Assembly: GCA_013331965.1 (NCBI GenBank)
Contig: DUFL01000011.1
Location: forward strand, 11,126-19,244
DNA from: Candidatus Woesearchaeota archaeon
Lineage (GTDB): Archaea; Nanobdellota; Nanobdellia; Woesearchaeales; UBA10107
Reading direction: 5' to 3'
DNA: 8,119 nucleotides
The notes under the pieces are model-generated. The model was not told the DNA's origin. It ran no database searches and saw only the letters and a program-made list of their open reading frames with translations. Below are positions 1 through 4,863 of the stretch, piece by piece; the stretch's first letter is position 1, and the number at the start of each line of letters is the position of its first letter. Made by a program: the position numbers and the translations under genes.

Positions 1-18
1 TATATTTAAGGTTGATGT

Positions 19-333
19 TTATCTTATTGCTTTCTCTTTCTTCATTTCAATTGATTTTAACTGCTGCAAAAAAAACTCCAGACAGTCAAATGCGCAGAAT
101 GAAGCTTTCTTCTTGAAGTCTTCCGGGCCGAAATGCAGCGTCAGATTCTTAGTATTGATATTTAACTGGTTTCCGCAAGTTGCACAAATTCTTGAATTCA
201 TCCTTTCGATAACATCGATATGATTCGCTAAAACATCTTTTATTGCTGAGCTTGGCTCTTTAATCTGTTTTTTTAAATCTAAAACTTCATTATAGTCCAG
301 ATTTTCCAAAAACTCCTTGAATTTGTGTTTCAT
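19..333 (-). CDS. Small hypothetical zinc-binding protein (104 aa) with a CxxC...CxxxC TRASH/FCS-like zinc-ribbon signature
   Basis: Intact ATG-to-TAA ORF. It has four Cys arranged ICATCGN-x26-FCAFDCLEFF, which resembles the CxxC...FCSxxC pattern of TRASH/MYM/L24e-type zinc ribbons, though the spacer is longer than the classical one. An AGAGGA Shine-Dalgarno-like motif (rc of 341-346) lies 7 nt before the ATG. The N-terminal half is helical and K/E-rich. Confidence 0.6.
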   Translation of the reverse strand: MKHKFKEFLENLDYNEVLDLKKQIKEPSSAIKDVLANHIDVIERMNSRICATCGNQLNINTKNLTLHFGPEDFKKKASFCAFDCLEFFLQQLKSIEMKKEKAIR

Positions 334-378
334 TGTCTATTCCTCTTTTACTGATTTTTATTTTGCTGTTGGATTTTG

Positions 379-490
379 CCGCTGCCGATTCAGTAAGTTA
401 GCACCGACTCGCGATATCTTTCGTTCTTATCACAAGTCGTTGAGGCCCCGTAAGGGACGTCCCCCTCAACTTATCTTATTCTTTTTTATC
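379..490 (+). ncRNA. Candidate small structured RNA or cis-element: a GC-rich island in an AT-rich spacer. Class unknown, strand uncertain.
   Basis: About 90 nt (gccgctgccg...ccccctcaac) are visibly more G+C-rich than the surroundings. The island ends in a stem-loop at 439-470 followed by a T6 tract. No credible protein can be coded here. I could not fit a tRNA, 5S, C/D or H/ACA architecture. Confidence 0.25.
439..487 (+). terminator. Hairpin plus oligo-T, terminator-like on the plus strand
   Basis: GTTGAGG (439-445) pairs with CCTCAAC (464-470). Inside is either a CCC-GUAA-GGG hairpin (GNRA tetraloop in the plus sense) or the alternative palindrome GGGACGTCCC. T-rich sequence ttatcttattcTTTTTT follows, with the T6 at 482-487. 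Confidence 0.35.
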
Positions 491-526
491 CATCGCTTGT
501 ATTTGGTGCTAACTTATTATTAATTT

Positions 527-1786
527 CTAAATATTAATCTCGCTCCCTAACTCAGGGATAAATACCTCCTTTCCTTTTTTCCTTAAGTAATCAGCAAACT
601 TTTCCATTGAATCAGGCTCTCCGTGGACTAAAATTATTTTTTTTGGGTTTAATGTTTCAACCAATTCTTTTAATTCCGATTCTCCTGCATGTGCTGAAAA
701 ATCATACTGTTCGTATTCCGCCTGAACTTTTGTTTTTCTTCCCTCTATGAAAACAGTTCCCTCATCTAGTAACATACGCCCATTTGTTCCGGCATCTACA
801 TAGCCGGTAAGCAGGAATGCATTTTTTGGATCCTGATGCTCGTGTTTGAGATATTCAGTAATCGGACCTCCCGTCATCATTCCTGCAGATGAGATGAATA
901 TTCCCTGTTTTTTCATGGCATTTTCTCTTTGGATGCTCCCTCTTACTATCTCAATCTTGTTTTTTGCATCCGTCATTTTTGCTTTGTCTTTTACAGCATC
1001 ATGGTGTATCATTATCTCTGTCATGTCTTTTCCCATTCCGTCAACATAAATTGGCACATTCCATTTTTCAGAATTCAGAAGAAGCATTAATTCCTGGGTT
1101 CTTCCGACTGCGAATGCCGCTATGAAAATTTTTCCTCCTTTTTTGAGGACTTCCCTTATCTTTGATAAAAATTCTTTTTCAGTCTGCTGTCTGCCCGGAT
1201 GCTCTTTGTTTCCATAGGTTGTTTCCATTACTATAGCATCAATCGGTTCTAAATTCAAATCCGCTCCCTTAATAAGCCTTGTATCGCTTAAATTTATATC
1301 TCCGGTATAAACTAATTTTTTTCCATTCGATTCGATTAAGATAAAAGCGCTTCCGGGAATATGTCCTGCATCAAAAAATTTGAAATATGCATCTTTTATT
1401 TCAAAGGGAGTCCTGTATCTTACAGATCTGAATAATTCAGCTGCTTTTTCAGTATTCTCAGGTTTGTATGGAGGAATATGATTTAAGCATTCCACTTTGT
1501 AAAAATCCTTCATCAATACTTTTGCGATATCTCTCGTTGCAGCAGTTGTGTAAATCGGGCAGTTCAGCCCTTTACTGACTAAATACGGCCATGCTCCGGA
1601 ATGATCCAGATGCGCATGGCTGAGGATCCCTGCCGTGATTCCTTTTATGTTTTTTATCTCTTCAGGATATTCTGTTTCAGGACCTAATTTAATTCCGGCA
1701 TCTAACAAGAATCTTGCCTGTTGTGTGACTAATTCAATGCAGGAACGTCCGACTTCTCTTACTGCTCCGTGGAAAATTAATTTCAT
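527..1786 (-). CDS. Beta-CASP family metallo-beta-lactamase-fold ribonuclease, aCPSF2-like (CPSF73-like core, no N-terminal KH domains), 419 aa
   Basis: The N-terminus GAVREVGRSCIEL...LLDAGIKLG resembles CPSF73/aCPSF. The MBL motifs are present: HAHLDHSG (HxHxDH), DAGHIPGS and YTGD. Beta-CASP motifs are also present: A (VMETTYG), B (FSAHAG) and C (LVHGEP). Confidence 0.9.
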   Translation of the reverse strand: MKLIFHGAVREVGRSCIELVTQQARFLLDAGIKLGPETEYPEEIKNIKGITAGILSHAHLDHSGAWPYLVSKGLNCPIYTTAATRDIAKVLMKDFYKVECLNHIPPYKPENTEKAAELFRSVRYRTPFEIKDAYFKFFDAGHIPGSAFILIESNGKKLVYTGDINLSDTRLIKGADLNLEPIDAIVMETTYGNKEHPGRQQTEKEFLSKIREVLKKGGKIFIAAFAVGRTQELMLLLNSEKWNVPIYVDGMGKDMTEIMIHHDAVKDKAKMTDAKNKIEIVRGSIQRENAMKKQGIFISSAGMMTGGPITEYLKHEHQDPKNAFLLTGYVDAGTNGRMLLDEGTVFIEGRKTKVQAEYEQYDFSAHAGESELKELVETLNPKKIILVHGEPDSMEKFADYLRKKGKEVFIPELGSEINI

Positions 1787-1953
1787 TTATTTTTACCTCT
1801 TTGTTCTTCAAATTCAACGTACCACTTGTTTTTTTCAAATTTGAAAATAATATTATGTTTCTTTGACTTGTCTAATGCGAATAATAACGGCATAGGCACT
1901 GTTGTTTCGTAAGAACTGCCTCTCTTGTAGAGCTTTCTTCTGATTTCACTCAT
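1783..1953 (-). CDS. Untracked 56-aa ORF, AbrB/SpoVT(MazE)-like swapped-hairpin DNA-binding protein: MSEIRRKLYKRGSSYETTVPMPLLFALDKSKKHNIIFKFEKNKWYVEFEEQRGKNK
   Basis: I translated this by hand from the minus strand; it falls below the 60-aa track cutoff. RKLYKRGSSYETTVPMPLL matches the R-K-[VL]-x-K-x-G-x-S-x-x-[VI]-x-[LIV]-P signature of archaeal AbrB/SpoVT domains. Its TGA stop overlaps the ATG of the beta-CASP gene (ATGA at 1786-1783). An AT-rich TATA-like element lies about 30 nt upstream. Confidence 0.6.
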   Translation of the reverse strand: MSEIRRKLYKRGSSYETTVPMPLLFALDKSKKHNIIFKFEKNKWYVEFEEQRGKNK

Positions 1954-2011
1954 ATATACTTATTTTCATACATACTTATTTATATATCTTTCTACTTATG
2001 AATATACTTAT
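1951..2011. repeat. Four direct copies of (A/C)TACTTAT in the divergent promoter region, a putative operator array
   Basis: ATACTTAT occurs at 1956-1963, 1972-1979 and 2004-2011, and CTACTTAT at 1992-1999. The first two belong to a 15-nt tandem repeat, CATATATACTTATTT (1951-1965) and CATACATACTTATTT (1967-1981), that covers the start codon and TATA region of the AbrB-like ORF. Confidence 0.6.
1979..1986 (-). promoter_or_regulatory. TATA-like box for the AbrB-like/beta-CASP operon
   Basis: The sequence is tttatata/tatataaa, centred about 30 nt upstream of the ATG at 1953. This implies a leaderless or very short-leader mRNA. The orientation of this near-palindromic box is ambiguous. Confidence 0.4.
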
Positions 2012-2038
2012 AATGACTCGTCATTAAACGGGAATAAC

Positions 2039-2046
2039 TTTATATA
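2039..2046 (+). promoter_or_regulatory. TATA box (TTTATATA) for the 73-aa ORF
   Basis: The box is centred about 26-27 nt upstream of the ATG at 2069, the canonical archaeal TATA-to-TSS distance. This predicts a leaderless transcript. Confidence 0.5.
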
Positions 2047-2068
2047 TGGGGTAGAAATTGATTATTCG

Positions 2069-2290
2069 ATGAAAACAATAGACAAATTTTTTGTTGCAAA
2101 TAATGTTTGCGTTCCTTTAAATGCAGATCTTAGGCATAAACAATGTCCTAATGCATCTGCTGCAAAAAATATTTATAAGTCTATTGTGGAAAAAGACATA
2201 GCAGATATTGAAGTTAAAAACGGCAGTTCGTATTGCTGGGATTCATGTAAATTAACAGTCTGTCCTTCTTATGTTTCTAATAGAAAATAA
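2069..2290 (+). CDS. Hypothetical Cys-rich small protein (73 aa)
   Basis: The ORF has ATG and TAA, with a correctly spaced TTTATATA box. It contains five Cys (C14, C26, C56-x3-C60-x4-C65). Without it a 337-nt gap would be left in a compact locus. Caveat: its stop abuts the rpl11 stop with 0 nt between them (convergent), and I recognise no family. Confidence 0.45.
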   Translation: MKTIDKFFVANNVCVPLNADLRHKQCPNASAAKNIYKSIVEKDIADIEVKNGSSYCWDSCKLTVCPSYVSNRK

Positions 2291-3064
2291 TTACTTCTTA
2301 CCAGGCACTGCTGCTGGTTTTGCTCCTGCTGCAGGTGCTGCTCCAGGTGCTCCGGGCGCAGCTGCTGCTTTTCCTGTTCCGAGAGTTTTATCAATGACAG
2401 CTTTGGAGATTCCCGATTCGACCATCTTCGCTTTTATCAAGCCGGTAGCTTTTCCTTCCATTTCCTTGACAATCTGAGCAGCAAGCGCTTCTTCTGCTGC
2501 ATGTCTTTTCTCTGCTTCTGCGGCCAATCTGATCTTCTCTTCTTCCAAATGCTTCAGTTCTTCAGCAGTAAGTTCAGTCTTCTCTAACTTAATCTCCTTG
2601 TCGAATTTTCCATTATCAACTTCTTTCATTGCATCTTTAGGATCCATTCCTTGAACAAGAATTCCCATGGAAACGCATGTTCCAATTACTTCTTTCACTT
2701 TTTTCTTTAAGTTTATTCCTGCCAAAGAATCTCCTTTCATTTTTGCAACTTTAATTATCTGTTCAATTCTTAAATCAGCAACCTTGTCTAATTTTGCTGA
2801 ACCAGAGCCTTTCTCCAGTTTTCCTTCTGTTTTCAATAATGCAGAAACAGGAGGGGTTCCGACTGTGATTTCGAATGTCTTATCAGAAGCGTCAAATATA
2901 ATTTTTACAGGGACCTGCATCCCGTTGAAAGCAATTGTTTTTTCATTTATTTTCTTTATGACTTCAGCTACATTTAACCCTGTAGGCCCCAAAGCCGGCC
3001 CTAATGGAGGTGCTGCGTTTGCCTTGCCTCCTGCTATTAATGCTTCAACAGTTTGTTTAGCCAT
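2291..3064 (-). CDS. rpl11: Ribosomal protein uL11 (L11) with an atypical ~97-aa C-terminal extension (257 aa total)
   Basis: The hallmark N-terminal motif is present: GGKANAAPPLGPALGPTGLNV. The rest of the L11 fold is recognisable through ...GMDPKDAMKEVDNGKFDKEI (~aa 158), where archaeal L11 normally ends. It is followed by a charged coiled-coil-like segment and an Ala/Pro/Gly tail. Confidence 0.93.
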   Translation of the reverse strand: MAKQTVEALIAGGKANAAPPLGPALGPTGLNVAEVIKKINEKTIAFNGMQVPVKIIFDASDKTFEITVGTPPVSALLKTEGKLEKGSGSAKLDKVADLRIEQIIKVAKMKGDSLAGINLKKKVKEVIGTCVSMGILVQGMDPKDAMKEVDNGKFDKEIKLEKTELTAEELKHLEEEKIRLAAEAEKRHAAEEALAAQIVKEMEGKATGLIKAKMVESGISKAVIDKTLGTGKAAAAPGAPGAAPAAGAKPAAVPGKK

Positions 3065-3086
3065 AGAACTTTGAACTTAGAGGCTA

Positions 3087-3094
3087 TTTATAAA
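3087..3094 (-). promoter_or_regulatory. TATA box (TTTATAAA) for rpl11
   Basis: The box is centred about 26 nt upstream of the rpl11 ATG (3064), with AAGC immediately 5' on the minus strand in a BRE-like position. This predicts a leaderless rpl11 mRNA with its own promoter. Confidence 0.55.
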
Positions 3095-3112
3095 GCTTGC
3101 GTCGTAAGTGTT
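3093..3112. repeat. Left copy of the direct repeat AAGCTTG-N5-TAAGTGTT flanking the 299-aa gene
   Basis: AAGCTTG lies at 3093-3099 and TAAGTGTT at 3105-3112. The repeat ends 1 nt before the stop codon of the 299-aa gene. Its partner is at 4028-4046. Confidence 0.5.
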
Positions 3113-3113
3113 C

Positions 3114-4013
3114 TTACCTTCTGAATGCATTTGATTTCTTTGTTATGTGCACTCCTTTTAGATAACGGTTGAGTTTTTTCTTTTGTCTGTCCCGGAAAGT
3201 TCTCCTTACTATGTCAAATCTTTTTATTGTTTCAGTAAGGTCTATGCTAAGTTTTTTTCTCAACTCGTCATTTCCGCGGATTGTGTCAAATAATCTGGTA
3301 TAATGCATTTTTGCTCTTTCTGCGTATGCCTTATTATGATTCTTTGCAAACATGACAAATGCAAATGTTCCTGCCCTGTATTCATATCTTAACGATGAAA
3401 TAAGATTAATCCCCGAGGCGGCGACAGCAGCTTTTTTCATGACGTCGTATTTCTCTTCAAGCCAGAATTTTTCTGCATCAGAGTCATGGTTTATTTTTGC
3501 CAGCGCTTCCCCTTTTTTTGCAGCTTCATATGCATCAAGATAAAACATTTCTGCTTCTTCAGACCTTATTTTTTCTATCAGTTCCGCGGCAGCTTTCTTG
3601 TGAGAATACCAGTCTGCTACATATGCGTGAGCTGTTTCGTAGCTCTTTTCTTTTCCTGCCTGAATTTTTGCGGCAAATCCTGCATGTGCGTTGAAATGCG
3701 ATTCAAGCACAGTCAGTACATAATTCTTGTGCTCATCTGTGTTGTTGCTTCTCTCCTCTTTTACTTTCTTAATCCCTTCTATATTATACCTGAATGCTGT
3801 ATCGATATGTCCGTCAAGGCAGTCTGGCTCATGAGAAAGGATCTTTGAGATGGCTTTTGTGATTCTTTTGATATATGCCCTGCCTTTGTTAGCAACACTT
3901 GGATTGTTTTTGATATAATCCAGAACTTCGTTTTTAAGATCTTCGGGAATCTGTGCTGCAAGATAAGTCTCTTCAAGCCTTCTTTCAAGGGTCGCTTCTT
4001 TCACTGTTGTCAT
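3114..4013 (-). CDS. Hypothetical protein, 299 aa, predicted all-alpha with a strongly basic C-terminal tail. No family recognised.
   Basis: A 900-nt open frame in an AT-rich genome, where stop codons are frequent, is unlikely to be chance. It has an ATG start and its own TATA-like box. The composition (A/E/K/L-rich, like its neighbours) fits a helical protein. It has a SHEPDCLDGHID cluster and a C-terminus RRTFRDRQKKKLNRYLKGVHITKKSNAFRR. Confidence 0.85.
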   Translation of the reverse strand: MTTVKEATLERRLEETYLAAQIPEDLKNEVLDYIKNNPSVANKGRAYIKRITKAISKILSHEPDCLDGHIDTAFRYNIEGIKKVKEERSNNTDEHKNYVLTVLESHFNAHAGFAAKIQAGKEKSYETAHAYVADWYSHKKAAAELIEKIRSEEAEMFYLDAYEAAKKGEALAKINHDSDAEKFWLEEKYDVMKKAAVAASGINLISSLRYEYRAGTFAFVMFAKNHNKAYAERAKMHYTRLFDTIRGNDELRKKLSIDLTETIKRFDIVRRTFRDRQKKKLNRYLKGVHITKKSNAFRR

Positions 4014-4027
4014 TGTGTTGCGGCATC

Positions 4028-4046
4028 AAGCTTGTATTTAAGTGTT
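4028..4046. repeat. Right copy of the direct repeat AAGCTTG-N4-TAAGTGTT flanking the 299-aa gene
   Basis: AAGCTTG lies at 4028-4034 and TAAGTGTT at 4039-4046, beginning 15 nt upstream of the 299-aa gene ATG and enclosing its TATA-like element. In addition, GTGTTGCG occurs twice (4015-4022 and 4042-4049). Confidence 0.5.
4035..4041 (-). promoter_or_regulatory. TATA-like box (TTAAATA on the minus strand) for the 299-aa gene
   Basis: The box is centred about 25 nt upstream of the ATG at 4013, which predicts a leaderless transcript independent of the upstream spt5 operon. Confidence 0.45.
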
Positions 4047-4115
4047 GCGAAGATTAGCAAGGTAAAAAACATACTATGTTGCACCCAAGCAGGATTTTAG
4101 TTTTAATAATAAACT

Positions 4116-4121
4116 AAAAAA
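4116..4121 (-). terminator. Oligo-T (T6) tract downstream of spt5, a probable archaeal terminator for the FKBP-ftsZ-secE-spt5 unit
   Basis: The minus strand reads ...gattctaTTTTTTagttt about 30 nt after the spt5 stop. Archaeal RNA polymerase terminates at oligo-T runs. Confidence 0.35.
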
Positions 4122-4149
4122 TAGAATCGGCTCACGCTTTCTAGAATCT

Positions 4150-4632
4150 TTATTTATTCTCTTCTTCGCTTTCTCTTCTGATGACTCTGATGGCATCCAT
4201 CTTTAAAGTTATAGGAATAGGAACTGCTGCGTCTAATAAAACAACAACCACCTCTCCTTTGACAGTATCAACTCTCTGAACTTTGCACTGTTCACGTTTC
4301 AAAGTTCCTGAGATTATTTCAGCAATGTCATTCTTCTGTATGTTCATCTCAGCGGGAGCCTGTTCAAAAGTATGCTCCAGTTCTTTCATCTGAACTTCTT
4401 TCGGAAGAACTCCTTTTGCATAAGGAACTCCCTGGGCAGCCATCTCTGCATCCGAACGCGAGCCGGCCTCAAGGAAAATATATCCTCTCATCCCGTGCGG
4501 GAAAATTACAGAATAGACAGCGAGTTTTTTCTTCTTGACATTGGAAGTAACAAAATCCATTACCTGGTCTTCCCTGTTCGCAGTAGTTCTTAGTGCGAAT
4601 ATATGCGTTGTTTGCTGCACTGCTTCGTCCAT
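4150..4632 (-). CDS. spt5: Transcription elongation factor Spt5 (archaeal NusG), 160 aa
   Basis: The NGN domain is recognisable (HIFALRTTANREDQV...GYIFLEA). The KOW motif is present (NDIAEIISGTLKREQCKVQRVDTVKGEVVVVLLDAAVPIPITL). The gene sits immediately after secE (1-nt gap), as in most archaea. Confidence 0.93.
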   Translation of the reverse strand: MDEAVQQTTHIFALRTTANREDQVMDFVTSNVKKKKLAVYSVIFPHGMRGYIFLEAGSRSDAEMAAQGVPYAKGVLPKEVQMKELEHTFEQAPAEMNIQKNDIAEIISGTLKREQCKVQRVDTVKGEVVVVLLDAAVPIPITLKMDAIRVIRRESEEENK

Positions 4633-4633
4633 T

Positions 4634-4831
4634 TTATTTTAGCACCAGTTGCCTTATCATAGTTACAATGAATCCAATCAACCCGATAATCACAATTCCC
4701 AATCCTGAGACTTTGACGACTGTTTTGTATTCGGCTGAATCAGGCTTTTTTGTCACAGTTAAAACTCTGACACATTCTCCGTAAAATTTTTTTATTTTCT
4801 GGCTCCATGTCGGTTTTATCTGTTCATCCAT
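4634..4831 (-). CDS. secE: Protein translocase subunit SecE (Sec61-gamma), 65 aa from the ATG
   Basis: It has the conserved juxtamembrane segment ECVRVLTVTKKPDSAEY followed by a single C-terminal TM helix, VSGLGIVIIGLIGFIVTMI. GAGGA lies about 10 nt upstream of the ATG at 4831. The track start at 4855 is a TTG codon and would add 8 aa. Confidence 0.85.
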   Translation of the reverse strand: MDEQIKPTWSQKIKKFYGECVRVLTVTKKPDSAEYKTVVKVSGLGIVIIGLIGFIVTMIRQLVLK

Positions 4832-4863
4832 TATTATTATTCCTCGATCATTCAAGCTCGGCC

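Noticed and set aside
390-433. Possible C/D-box sRNA on the minus strand (GTGATAA ... CTGA)
   Set aside because: The C-box has a mismatch to RUGAUGA. Only about 33 nt separate the boxes, which is too short for a C-D'-C'-D layout. There are no C'/D' boxes and no terminal kink-turn pairing.
317-523. 68-aa plus-strand ORF spanning the GC-rich spacer
   Set aside because: It overlaps the start of the 104-aa gene. Its sequence is implausible (Cys/Arg/Phe-rich, low complexity), and it has no SD or properly spaced TATA box. The region is better explained as structured RNA or spacer.
846-1844. Plus-strand ORFs 846..1049 and 1635..1844, antisense to the beta-CASP gene
   Set aside because: These are shadow frames opposite a confidently identified gene. 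They are hydrophobic, low-complexity translations with no start signals.
2271-3074. Plus-strand ORFs 2271..2477 and 2667..3074, antisense to rpl11
   Set aside because: These are antisense shadows of uL11. The Ala/Gly/Pro run in 2271..2477 is simply the complement of the uL11 tail codons.
3729-3752. R-x6-H (RSNNTDEH) in the 299-aa protein as a possible HEPN RNase motif
   Set aside because: This is a single loose match at the upper spacing limit, without the usual polar residue after the Arg or the surrounding helical context. It is not enough to call a HEPN domain.
3352-3988. ORFs 3352..3543, 3486..3848 and 3497..3694 (plus strand) and 3779..3988 (minus strand, alternative frame) inside the 299-aa gene
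   Set aside because: All are nested within the much longer 3114..4013 frame. Their translations are Phe/Cys/Leu-rich or lack any signals, so they are typical shadow ORFs.
4372-4784. Plus-strand ORFs 4372..4593 and 4593..4784, opposite spt5 and secE
   Set aside because: They are antisense to two motif-confirmed genes and have no independent support.
4832-4855. Extended secE start at a TTG codon (track start 4855, MNDRGIII...)
   Set aside because: The ATG at 4831 is preceded by GAGGA at a suitable distance and gives a typical SecE length. The TTG extension lies only 8 nt from the ftsZ stop and has no SD motif. It remains an alternative.
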